Source: Eledone cirrhosa
Taxonomy: Eukaryota
Length of the DNA: 64,000 nucleotides
Assembly (NCBI GenBank): GCA_964016885.1
Contig: OZ024742.1
Span: 276,210,001 to 276,274,000, forward strand
Reading direction: 5' to 3'
The translations under genes were made by a program, and so were the position numbers. Position 1 is the first letter of the stretch. Every line of letters begins with the position of its first letter. The notes under the pieces are model-generated. The model saw nothing but the letters and a program-made list of their open reading frames with translations, did no database searches and was not told the origin of the DNA. Of the stretch, positions 14,160 through 27,600 are shown in pieces.

Positions 14160-14381
14160 TGATTGGCAGTATCTGTAGAGCGTCGGATAACATGCTTTTG
14201 CAGCATAAAGTAACGTCCCTTTATGTTCTGAAATTAAATCGTGTCATGGTTACCTTTGCCTTTCATCCTTATGGAGTCAATAAAATAAAGTACCAGTAAC
14301 ACATTGGGGTCAATTTAATCAAATTTCCCATCCCCAAAAATTGTTGGCCTTGAATCTAAATCAGAAACTATTATTATTATT
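14160..14381 (+). mobile_element. tRNA-derived SINE (same family as 59181-59375)
   Basis: gattggcagtatc..., ctttgcctttcatcctt..g.gtc.ataaaataaagtaccag core and (TTA)n tail. Confidence 0.7.
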
Positions 14382-16333
14382 TTAAGTAGAGAAGCAGATA
14401 TAACCAATCAAATCATTTTCACCAGTATATTACTGGTATTTATTTCATTGACTGGGAAGTGGAGAGAAGGATGAGACAAAGTTGACCAATTCAGTTCAAC
14501 TCAGAATTTAGAGACATATTGTGAAGCATCTAATCAAACTCATCGTCCTTGTTTGCATGAAAATATTAACAATGTTTACATGAGAAATCTATGATTCAAT
14601 TTCTTTAAAAGAAAAAAAGAAAAAAAAAAACTTCAGCCAAACAACAAAATCAGAGAATAACTTGGTCCAGTGATTAAGGCATTGGTCTCAAACAAAACAT
14701 TTTATATTCACCCTCCCCCAACCTGACAATTTAATAAGTCATTGATTCATATACCAATTTAAAGTAACACTGACCATAGTTAGCACTGACATATATGCAT
14801 TTTTTAACCAAAATGAGAATTGCTGATGTTGTAAAAAAAATAATAATAGTAATTTCTAATGTTCATTGTTTCGGTAATAAAACATAACTATAAGAATAGC
14901 TATACATCAACCATTATTATGGTGCTGGAATATTCTGAGTGATGTTATGATCTGGTAATGATTAGAACAAAAGCTACCATATATTTAGTAAGTTAAAACA
15001 AATCAAAAGTTATTTAAGTTAATCAATGGTTTATATAAAGAAAAGGAAAAGAACAAAAAATGTCTGAAAGAATTAGCAGGAAATAATGAAATGATGTTAT
15101 GCTAAGAATAATGGGACATGATAATATATACAGAAATATAGACATTAAATGATTGACATGTAAAGGGTTCAAAAATGAGATGCTTGAAAATAACAGAGTT
15201 TTCTTTACTTACTGAGCCATGAAGCCAATAGCCAAATAAGTCACTATATCCATTCATCCACGAAGATAGGTCTGCTGAGTAAATAGTTGACAGAACAGTG
15301 AAGCAAAAACATTTTACAAGCCATTCTAGAACAAATATTTTTACTTCAGAAACTCTCCATACCAGCATTAACTAAAAGTAAAATCCGTAACCACATGCAT
15401 ACTATCTTCCACATCATCCAGACAATACATTATAAAGAGACAGTGGAAACAAAGAGACTAAAAAAGAAAAATAAACATAGTAAATAAAGCTATTTAATCT
15501 TATATGCTTTCAAATCAAATTAAACTTCAAGCTCATTCTTAAACTTCAGTATCTTCATTAACTATCTTCTCAAAAAAAAAAAAAAAAAATAGAATAGGCA
15601 ATTCATAAACATACATAACTAATACAACCTAATTTGTTTTGATCTTGTTTGTTTTGTTTTCTTCGTTTAATGTTATTACATGAAGACAGAAGAGAAACAG
15701 ATGTGGAAGAACATGAAACGAGGAAGAAAAATAATGGAAATGATGCTACAATTTCCCTAAAAAATTTATTTTAAAATTCTACAGAAATCATTCCTTTTAG
15801 AATTGAAATGTAATGAGAAAATGTTTTCTATTAAAGAGTAGCTTTTTACCTTAGAATATATGTTCTGTCTTTAGTATTCTCAAATTAAACTAATGGCAGA
15901 AAACTGTCAGTGTTGTTTATGATTTTGGATGATATGATCATCTATGTAGAGCATTGAGTCAAGTTATTTTTTGTGAAAATGTATTCAAATACATGGCCAC
16001 ATACACACTTACAAACATACTCAATCACATATGCACACATACATGACTATGAATTAAGGCAGGACTACAGCTTAATATGTATTCACAGTTATACTGTAAT
16101 TTCTTTTAATGTTTTATTTTACCAACTTTGGGAATTAAGGTAGCTCACAGCCAATGTAACCTTTAAAAAAATGACATTCTTACATCTAATTCAAGCACCA
16201 CACTAATCAAACTTGCCATCAAGAGACCAATAGGGGACCTTCTATACAAACACTTGAACTGCTCAAAATAACAGCAAAATATCCCTCAACAGACTATCAT
16301 CAATAAAATTAGGAATCACATGTTAAATTTTGA

Positions 16334-16572
16334 CCCTTTTGATACCAAACTACCTGAAACTGCTCTGGTTCCATGATATAGCTATTTATTTTAAAGTGTA
16401 TATAGTTGTTTAAAAATCTTTCATGATAATTTTATATAAGAACCTTTAAGTTATGCACCAAACACCAGCTTAATGATGTCAAAGTTCATTATATTACCAA
16501 ATCTCTCCATATCCTTCATTATTTTCAAAATTATAAGCAGTGACTTTCATAAAAAATGTGGTAAGGAAAGGG
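16334..16572. mobile_element. piggyBac-type MITE (decayed)
   Basis: CCCTTT...AAAGGG termini with a TTAA on the right and TTGA on the left. Related internal sequence lies at about 59483-59720 and 50740-50845. Confidence 0.5.
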
Positions 16573-17479
16573 TTAAATCTTAGAACATTCCCCACATTGA
16601 AGATATGATGGCTATGATTGAGCCTCTTTCATCAGATATGTTCATGTCATGGATATATCCATAATACTGACTGGGATTACTCAACAAAGTGTTTACTCTA
16701 TATTTACTATTGTGTTTTCATGGTAATGTAAATGCTAAAGGGTTAAATTGTCCTCTTGTTACACAAACAGCTGTCTATATATTCACTAGATGAGTATATA
16801 ACATACTAGCTACCTACACCTTTTTTCATATCTGTGTACAATAAATATATAATACTCTAGGCCAAAGTATTTAGGTTTTGTGTACACAGTACATGATGAA
16901 AGATTACAAAACATTTTTCTTAGAATAAAAAAAATGAATGAACAAAAAAGATTAATAATTTTAGCATGTGGCCTGTTGCCAGTATATTACTGAATAATGC
17001 CTGTCATCATCATCACCATCACCACCGCTGCCACCATCATCATCATCATCATCACCATCATCATTGTGGTTGTTATAGACATACTGTTGTTATCTTAAAG
17101 TAAATGAACTGAAATAAAGTGTGTGTGTGTGTAGAGTATTAAGGCAGAAATGCTTGAGTCTCACATTCTAAGTATGGCAATTGGAAAGAATTTCAATAAG
17201 CTGAAACTAACTTTGCAATTCCAAGACTGAACTCCCTTTGAGAATGTTGAAGTCCTTTTCTTTTTTTTAAATTCTTTTTCTTTGGTTGTTTGCTTTTATT
17301 GAAAAGGTTTCATATTACAGAATTCTGCATTACAGCAAGATTTTCTGTGCAATGCTTCCTTAACACAAGGCATACCTGTACATTCATAACCTAATGCCTA
17401 TTTTTGCAAACAAAAGATTAAAAGAAAAATATTTTTTACACAAAAGATATAAAATAGTAATGATGATGATGATGGCCAG

Positions 17480-17670
17480 CAATTTGTGAAGAGAGGAACA
17501 GTCAATTAAATTGGTTTCCTGCACTTGATAGCTATTTATTTAATCAACCCGAGAAGGATGAAGAGTAAAATTGATCTTATGAGATTTGAACTCAGAACAT
17601 TAAGAGCCAGAAGAAATATTACTAAGTATTTATCCAACACTCTAATGACTTTGTCAATCTAATGCTCTCA
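17480..17670 (-). mobile_element. tRNA-derived SINE, decayed
   Basis: Reverse-complement core (tcaacccgagaaggatgaa...gatttgaactcagaa) of the 59181 family. Confidence 0.55.
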
Positions 17671-17830
17671 ATAATAGTAGTAGTAGTAGTAAATTCAATA
17701 ATAGTTCATTATATTGGCAAACGACTATATATGTTGAGGAGGGGGTGTAGTTAATTTAATCAAGCATAAGAAAGAGGACCAGTTAAGTTGATCTGGCAGA
17801 ATGTCAACTCAAAAATTAAAGTGTCATTAA

Positions 17831-17927
17831 CCTTTAGCACACTAGTAATTCTTATGAGTTGTTTCTCTTGACACAGCATTATCTATTACTCATATGGCGC
17901 CCCGTGTCGCCCATAGCATGCTGAAGG
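17831..17927. mobile_element. Tiny piggyBac-type MITE (97 bp)
   Basis: TTAA|cctttagca ... tgctgaagg|TTAA. Confidence 0.6.
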
Positions 17928-18776
17928 TTAAAGGCATTATATCTAGTTCTCTGCCATTTGTTAATAATATCAGATCACTACACAAATGTTGCGCTATTCT
18001 AACTGTTATCTAAGCCTAAAGTTATTATTCATGAGAAATATATATATATATATATATATTGTATGCAAAGCTCAAACTTTGAAACTTATGAAGCACTGAG
18101 AGAATAAAGTTTATAGAAAATGTAGTATGCTCAGTCACAGAAAATAACTGTACATAGTCAGTTACTATAAAATAGCTGCACCTGAACATACTACATTTTC
18201 TCTCTCTCTCTCTATGTGTGTATGTATGTATGTATTATGTATGTATGTGTGCGTGTGTGTAAAAGATCCTTCTTACCGAGAATAGAAAGTAATATGAAAA
18301 CCACTGAGTTTCTTTGTCCAAGGCAGATGAAAACCCAATACATTTTTTTTAAAACAGCAGAAATAAACAGCTTTTACAAACATTTATCCACATTCTCGGA
18401 ATATTGGAAGGGCTGGGATGTTTACTGGAGGGGTGGGGCTTGATTATGATAAAAACAATGAAAAGAAATATATGTAGGTATATCATTAAAATGTGGTTTT
18501 GTATATATGTCTATGTTTTGTGGCCAAATTTAAGTATTTAACCAAAGCTTTAAAACAGAGGTAGATAAAATTAGTCCAATCCCAGTAAGAGAGGGGACTA
18601 TGTGATGATATACAGAACTTTAGCTAAATAAGAAAAGAAAGACCAACAAAAGACAAATTAATGGTGATATTAATAAACAAGTAAACAATTGTTACCAATG
18701 TAGAAGCAAATGATGGGCTTGCACCTTCTGGTAAAATGTTCCAGGAAAGAAAACAAAGATAAAAATATTGACACAC

Positions 18777-19330
<554 letters not shown>

Positions 19331-21864
19331 TCATTTGCTGTGAAGAACAGAAATGGGAAACATGAAGTAGCAACGGATTGAAGCCTCAGCTTTCAATAAC
19401 TGGATAAACTACATGCATTGATTACTTTATTCCCACATGAAAATAAACCAAAACACATATGTGGCGTGTGGGTGTATAAAGACAAACAGACAGACAGTCA
19501 GGTAGGCAGGAAGATAGAAATGAGAGGAAGAGAAATTAGCATATGAGGATCTTTGTTTATGCTCTCACATTATTTGTACACATGTAGAGAAAAAAATATT
19601 AACTTACTAGAGGCTACACAATTTAAAGAAGATATTTTTTGGTACTGTCATGAGTAAAAAAAATAATTTTGTTATTGTTAATTGTGGCTTTAAAAAAAGG
19701 GATGTGGGAGGTAAAATAATGATGTCTTAGTCTGGCTCTAAACCATATATTTGTAGTAGGGATTAGTTGAATGAAATAAGCCCAAGTTTATTATCAAAGC
19801 AGCACTGCACTATGTCCTCAGCAAAGACACTTATTAATTAGTGTACATAGCTGTGAATGGGGCATGTGGAACAACATATACCATAGGAGACATGTTGTTC
19901 GACATTCTAACTAGTAAAGGTAGTGTAATAATGTCAACTGGTTCATAAGTTTACATTGTTGATAGATCCAGCATGACTATTTCAGTAGTGAAATTTCTTT
20001 CACCCACTATGTCACTGAAACCAGGAGAAAAATTGTTCACTGTGATTTTGTTTTTAACACAAACTATATCTTAAAGGTAAGTGATATAGAGAATAACAAA
20101 ATATCCCACACAAATTTGATTCAGTTATTAACAGTTATTATATCAGCAATACACCACAGCTTTTTCTGCCCCTGTCTATAGGACTGTGCAAAGCTGACAA
20201 TAGGCACAGACCAGGCTTAAAATGTAGGTTTCCCAAATACTAGAGTAGGCCCAGGTCAGATGTGAAGTGGAGGCCTCATTTCAAACTGCTCATCAAATAT
20301 TTTAGTAATCAGTGTTAGATCCATAGTTACAAGTATATACATATTATGTAATGTATATGATATACAAGTAACAGAACAGTATAAAAGAAGTAGAACTTAA
20401 GAGGAGTAGGCCCCTCAAAATCACATGCCCATGCCAATTGGCCTACCTGCCTATCAGTATCCCAAATATTCTTCAATCGTAACAATATGTTGACTGAATC
20501 ATACAAATTAATGAATATTTCTGAATATGAAGTTGGAGATACAACAATTAATTCATGATTTATTGACTCAGAATGTTTAAGTTGGCTCCCTACACAATAT
20601 ATTGAGGGAGCAATTAGTGAATGACCCTATTGGAAAGTAAATAAATATATCTGACAACCAAGATGATTAATATTATACACTCTAACAACAACCAGTCCCC
20701 CACCCCCACCCAAATGGGGCTAATAGAGATAGGTTTATATGGTTTGCCTCTATATATGCTACTGAGTTCAAATAAAAGTCAAACTGTAAATGAAAAGAAA
20801 CAAAATAACAAAAGTGAATCACCAATATCTTATCACCATAACCTTTCTTTTCCACTTCTTTACCACTAAACAAACAAAAAATTATGATTAAACAAAACAA
20901 AAAAATAATAATCATAATAAAGCATCATAGCACCTGAATATATTTGTTACAAAGGCTATTGAACAATGCCATCTCTGAAGAGCAGATATGAAGTCAATAT
21001 AATACAAGGTCATTTCATCAATATTATTTTAGTTCTGTGTGTGTGTGTTTATGAGTGTATATACCGTGGTTGATACTTAGCCCAAAAGTAGCCCTGATAA
21101 TTAGACTAATATTGTGTATTTTTGTATACACCGTCCAGTATGTCCTTTCTTTTGTTAAGACAGTAGGGTGAGACTTGAGGGAGAATTGGCTGCAATTACT
21201 AGTATGTCGAGTGACCATAGATTTCTATGGTGTGATGTGCCTGGAAGTATGGGGATGTTGTTGTCACTTGTAGTAGAGGTTTTAAATGTTTGTAAATATG
21301 CAGCATAACAGGAAAAGGAGTTTAAGAATGGTAAGCAGTAAGAAAGAGAGTTATGGCATTTTAATGTCGCACTAGCATGGTTGCAACACCTGTGATCAGA
21401 ACACAGCTGCAACATCTAGCATTACAACAATGATGCAGTTTCGGGCACCACAGCATGGCTGCAATGTCCCGTATCATACTGCTGCACAACTGAAATGTCT
21501 AGCATCACAGAATGACTGCACTTTCTGGCAACCAGAACACGGCTGTGTTTCCTGGCTCCAGATTCTTGGTACAGGATGTGGCAAAAACATTGCAGTTAAC
21601 TCAGTGTTAAAACAACACAATGCTGATCAACAGAAGAAGATAAGATGTGTAGAGGAAGATCATACCCTGGCAATTAAGTTTGTGGTGTAACAATGTAGAC
21701 GCAGCTGAATGGCAACAAATTCACTGTGATAAGTACTTAATGGGGGAAAAAAGATTTTCACATTTCATTACTGTGATATTGTGAGGCTATATATATATAC
21801 ATATTAGAAAATAAGATTGGTGTTTATTTTATGAGTGTATGTGCACATGCACACACACATGCAT

Positions 21865-21878
21865 GAATATATACATAC

Positions 21879-21931
<53 letters not shown>

Positions 21932-22004
21932 CATATATATATATACATATATATACATATATATATATACATATATATACATATATATACATATATATAT
22001 ATAC

Positions 22005-22035
<31 letters not shown>

Positions 22036-22122
22036 CATACATATATATATATATACATACATATATATATACATACATACATATATATATATATGCATAT
22101 ATATATATATATATATATATAT
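21865..22122. repeat. Long (TA)n/(TACA) compound microsatellite
   Basis: Directly visible. Confidence 0.95.
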
Positions 22123-22189
22123 ACGTAGGTCCCGGGTTGAGTCGGGGATAACCACAGTAAGTAAGGTACTCAATACATGGCAGAGTAAA

Positions 22190-22327
22190 ATATATTTATT
22201 GTGTAGAAGGAGCTTCTACAGGACTAGAACTGTTTCATTCAGATGAAATCTTCAGGAAGCTCTGAAGATTTCATCTGAATGAAACAGTTCTAGTCCTGTA
22301 GAAGCTCCTTCTACACAATAAATATAT
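22190..22327. repeat. Perfect palindrome, 66-bp arms with a 6-nt spacer (Penelope-like inverted terminal piece)
   Basis: 22190-22255 is the exact reverse complement of 22262-22327; flanked by TA microsatellites. Confidence 0.93.
22210..22262 (-). ncRNA. Type I hammerhead ribozyme, Penelope-like (GAGCUUC CUGAAGA UUUCAUCUGAAU GAAAC AG UUCUAGUC CU GUA^ GAAGCUC)
   Basis: Core CUGANGA and GAAAC. Stem I is 7 bp (GAGCUUC/GAAGCUC), stem II is UUC(A)/(U)GAA with a U.U first pair, stem III is ACAG/CUGU, and the cleavage triplet is GUA. Activity is untested. Confidence 0.72.
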
Positions 22328-22588
22328 ATATATATATATACACACACATATAATTATATTTATATATATACATACATACATAAAACTGTCTATATCTATC
22401 TATCTATCTATCTCTATACATATATTTGTTTTATTATATATACATACATACATGCTTATATATATATACACATTATCATCCTCATCATTTTTACCTATGC
22501 TTTTCCATGCTTGCATGGGTTGGACATATGTGTGCATATATATATATATATGTATACATATATATATATATGTATGTGTATGTGTGTG

Positions 22589-22631
<43 letters not shown>

Positions 22632-22843
22632 TACATGGCTTTGGCCTCACCTAATAACAGATATCTTCTAATATTTTCCAATATTTTGGTAATTATTATT
22701 AATATTATTGTATTTAATAAGCATTGGGTTTTATGTTATTCTTATTATTAGTGTTACAGTTATTATTGCGACATGAAATCTATGATATTTATCAATACAT
22801 CAATCAATGTTACACTATTACACTGTAGAATTATTATTAAGTC

Positions 22844-22882
<39 letters not shown>

Positions 22883-24561
22883 CATGATGTGTGTCTTAAT
22901 AATATATGCATACACACCTGTCACTGTCAGTCAAACTATTTATCTATAAGACAATTTATTTAAAGTGAAATTTTGTAACAATTAACCTGGAACAATCTCC
23001 AACATTTTAAACAAGAGAGGATGAGAAAAAAACTGTTAAACTCAACTAAATTATTCACTAAAACAAGAACTTCTGTACACCCATCTAACCACCAAGGGTC
23101 TCATACATACATATAATATATATATATATCATTAAATGTCTACATTCCCTGCTAGCAAGGGCTGGACATGTCTACATAGACCAAGTCAGTACTGACACCG
23201 TGCTACTGACCTCCCAGGCAGAATGAGGGGTCTGCATCTCGCTTACGTATGTTCATACATTCTATTGAGTGCAGAGGATAAGCTGTCATGTCTTTTGACA
23301 CAAACAGAAGGGTCCTCCTAACCACTTGTTTGGCAAGCTTTCTAGAGCTGAATGTCCTTCCTAACACCAACCACTTTACAGTGTCTACTGTGTGCTTTTA
23401 TCGTGTAGATCACCAGCACTAGGGAGGCTGTCATGTCCATGATACGCACAAACTTCCATGCCCTCTAAAAATAGAAATACTTTGACTGTATTGCTTGATA
23501 AAATACACATGCATGGACGTATGCATGTGCCCACACACACTCACATATTCAAGTATGTATTCACACACTCATACATGTATATACATAAGTTTTAAAACCC
23601 CTTTTGTCATAAACCATCTTTCTGGATTCTCTTCACAAGTTATTTGTATGTGTGTGTGTGCATGAATGTGTAGACATGTTATATATTACCCAATTTTTCT
23701 CATTTAAAAACTTTCAGCCTATATTTTCATTTTACTTGAAAATCAAATGTGTTGATTTCCAACAGGCTATGGTAAATAAAGTATCACAAGGCTGTACATA
23801 CATGCACCCCAGTGGGAATTTCCTCATTTTCTTACCTAACACACTCACGCACAACCATGCAGAGATATATGTACATGCATATATGAATTTATGTATGTTA
23901 GCCATTGTGACTAACAATGTGTGTATGAGAGAGCACATAGGCTCACATAAATGCATACGCACACACCTATACACACGCATATATTTATATATACATACAT
24001 GCATACACTGAAACCAGTACAGATATGCATGCACGCACTCACACTAGGAGCCATCCACTTTTGTATTTATCTTTGTTTTAGATTTTTTATATACATATAT
24101 TTCTGTATTATTATCTTTTTTTCTTCTTTTTTTTTCTTTTTTACAAAATCCTCAAATATTTTAAGCAAGTGAAAAAAAAAGTCACATTCAGTTACATTTT
24201 GGGAGTGAAGATGGAGGGGGAAGGATTACCAATCTCAGAGTTACAAGCACTGAGCTTAGATTAGTTATTCATCTGTATGTTGGGTCTTGTTTTGTGTTGT
24301 TGCCAGTTAAGAAATGTTTTAAGTTGCCATTCTACATCTGCCTTCAAGAGCATTTCCCACACTCTTGCTGTTCTCACCAAACTTTACTCTCGACAGAGAC
24401 AAGCCGACAGATTAATTACAGCCAGAATTATTTTCTTTCATTCCGTGTTCTTATTATTATTATCATCACTATTCCTCTTATTCTTAAATCTTCTCCCTCT
24501 GATTTTGCGTTCTTGTAAGGTCATCTTTCCATCTCATACACTTCACTTTTCAATCTGTCTG

Positions 24562-24693
24562 TTACAGTTTAATTGTAGATTCTATGTCTATCTTGATTTT
24601 TCCTAATGTCTTTTTCACCCGAAGAGCTGTTAACCGTGCTGCGGGATGATGAAGCCAGCATTCACTCATTACTTTGGACATTTTACTCAAATA
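24562..24693 (-). CDS. BMPR1: BMPR1 last coding exon ([43 protein letters not shown])
   Basis: ttacag acceptor; NANDOR-box-like [11 protein letters not shown]; TAA at 24562-24564. Confidence 0.93.
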   Translation of the reverse strand, partial: YLSKMSKVMSECWLHHPAARLTALRVKKTLGKIKIDIESTIKL

Positions 24694-27600
24694 CTGTAAC
24701 AAAGAAAAAAATTAAAATACATTAATAAACATTTTAAAACCAAATTTACGCACACATACAATTTTTTTAAATAGAAATATGTATGTCTGTTGACAATAAA
24801 ACTGAGTGTGTGATCACCGTAAGAGATTCATAAATATGGATAATATGAACCTTGAGTAACATACCAGTATAAACTCCTCTCTACTGAATGCATATAAATC
24901 AAGTTAGAGTATTATATGCACAAACCTAATCTTTTTCTGAATCACAAACATCTATGGAACCAAAAGGTAACACTGATTTTTGTGAGAGACAAATACCCTA
25001 CTTGGATATGGCCACAGTTCCATTGAAGGTGACTTTTACATCACTGTACACTTCCACTCTACCTTCAATCCTTAGTAGTTATTTCTCACCATCGTTGTAC
25101 GTGCATCCCCTATTCATGCCTCACACTTAAGTAGTTACCCTCACATTGCTATATCACCCACCTCTAAAATCCTAATGCAATAGTCATAAAACAATAGCAG
25201 CTGCTATCCACAAACATTATTTGATGTCGACCCATCCTATCCTACTCATTGCCATGCCAAATCCCATCACACTTGTCATACACCATGATAACATATTTAT
25301 CGCCCTCTCTAGTGCTGGTGTCACGAAAAATGCACCCAGTACAATCTGTAAGGTAGCTGGCAATAGGAATGGCATCCCACTGCAGAAACAATTCCCAAAA
25401 GGTCGAGAGGATTCTTCAGTTGTGTTAACAGCACAACTTGTCTAATATTGGTTATCTACACAATAAACACACCCAGTACACACTGTAAAGTGGTTGGTGA
25501 TAGAAAGGGCATCCAGTCATAGAAGGCCAGCCAAATAAAGGGTCAGAAGGACACTTCAGTTGTGTCAAGGACATGACAACCTTCCTTGTGATGGTGCCAT
25601 GATAAAATGTATTCAGTAAAGTGCAGGAACGCATATAAGCAAGAAGTAGGGCCCCCACCCCAGCCTATCTTATAGCTCAGTAACTTCACTTGAGCACTGA
25701 CATGGTCTCTAAAGACCCATCTAATTATTGCTAGCAGGAAAGATGGCCACTAAATGATGGTGATGATGATGATGATGATATGCATGTCTGTAGACCTACC
25801 TATCTAATCCCCATCCTACACATGTGCACCTCCCTCACTCTCAGTCAAACTGTACAGTGGTCGTGTTGGTGACACAAAAAAGCACCTAATCTACACTGTA
25901 AAGTGGTCGTGCAGATGTCACAACAAAAGGCACCCAGACCACACTGTAAAGTGGTCGTGTTAGTGCCACGGTAAAAGGCACCCAGTCCACATTGTAAATG
26001 TGGTTGGCATTAGGAAGGGCATCCAGCCATAGAAACTACGCCAGATACAATTTTGTATGAGCAAGACATGGTCATCTGATTTGACTTGTCTCACAACTCG
26101 TCTAACCCATGTTAGCATGGAAAAAATGTACATTAAACTGTGCACGAGAAGGACGTGTTTTTTGCCTGCAGCATATCACAAAATCGGATTTTCATCTAAA
26201 GATACTGTTCCCATAACAACAACAAATGTATACGTTACATCATGGATTGCATAAGGGAAACGTTGAAATAATTATTATGAATAAACGATTTATGTAACAT
26301 CAGCATTTTTCTTAATGTTATTCATATATATATAAATGGAGAGAGAGAGAGAGAGAGAGAAGAATACTCACATGATCACTGACCCAGCGGTTAGGAATTA
26401 GAGGCCGTTTCTTCTCAATACACACAACCCTTTTAATATCTTCATAGCTGGGGTCAGGTGAGAGGTAATCATAATATGGAAGTTGAGCATCTTCAACAAT
26501 TCCTTGAGAAAAAAAAGATAAATATATAGATAAAAGAGATATACTTAATGCAGAGGAAGTGTATAGTTATGTGTTAGCTGAGATATATTGAATGAATGCA
26601 GGTGCATGGCCTGGTGGTTAGGGAATTGTCTCTACGATCATAATGTCATGGGTTCCCTGGACTGAGTGATGAGTTGTGTTCTTGAGCAAAACAATTACAT
26701 GTTGCTTCAATCAACTTAGCTGAAATTGAGTATTAACAGTAATTGAGTAATAACAGTAACTTGTGGATAAGTCTGAGATGGACCAGCATCCTGTACTCTC
26801 AGTTACTTAGTACGCAATGAGACCAAGATAAACTCCGAGTTGATGAGCCTCTGGGCCTGGGATAGACTTAAACTTAACATTTTTATGTGAAATGGAGTGG
26901 TAAATAGCTAAAGTGAAATAGTGTTCAGAAGACAACTCAGCTATGATTTGTAAGTACATGATCTTTGTTGTAGGTTACAGATAGAATTAAAAATTTGATC
27001 TCATTGTCAAGCAGGGAATATGTAAATGAGGTTGATAGATGTGCAGAATTCATACTACTAATACTGCAGCCAATGCTGGCAACAATAATGTATGGTACAT
27101 GGGTAATTAGTGAAATAACAAAATACAAGCCACAAAGCTTATGCTTCAGTTTATATTGTCTCCAATTAGTTCAGATTCACACTGCACGCTTCAATATGGA
27201 GTGGTTTATAAAATGCTGTTCCTCTGTGCATATCTCTGGTAGTAATTTTACTTAAAAACATAAACGATATTCACTCACAAGTGATCTGGGAGAAAAACTG
27301 AGTATAAGAGGAATTGAACGACAAGTAAGCTGAGTATACTCAGAATTAAATGTAGCATGCAAAAGAGATGATTGCACAGGTATTGTCATTTGATGCATAA
27401 GGAAAAAAAGAGTTGTATTAAAAAGGTGCAGAATGCTTGGAATTGATGGAACCTGTAAAAGAGGGAGAACAAGTAAGACATGGGTCAAAGTTGTGAAAAA
27501 TGACTTCAAGAAACTGAACCTCACAAAGAAGATAACACAGGCTCAAGCTGACTTTGGATGCATGTAACAACATCTCTAGTGCTGGTGCCATGATAAAATC

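Noticed and set aside
19335-19373. Hammerhead-like string ttgc tGUGAAGA acagaaatgg GAAAC atgaa GUA gcaa
   Set aside because: The core is not CUGANGA and the stems are only 2-4 bp; it could be chance or a dead relic.
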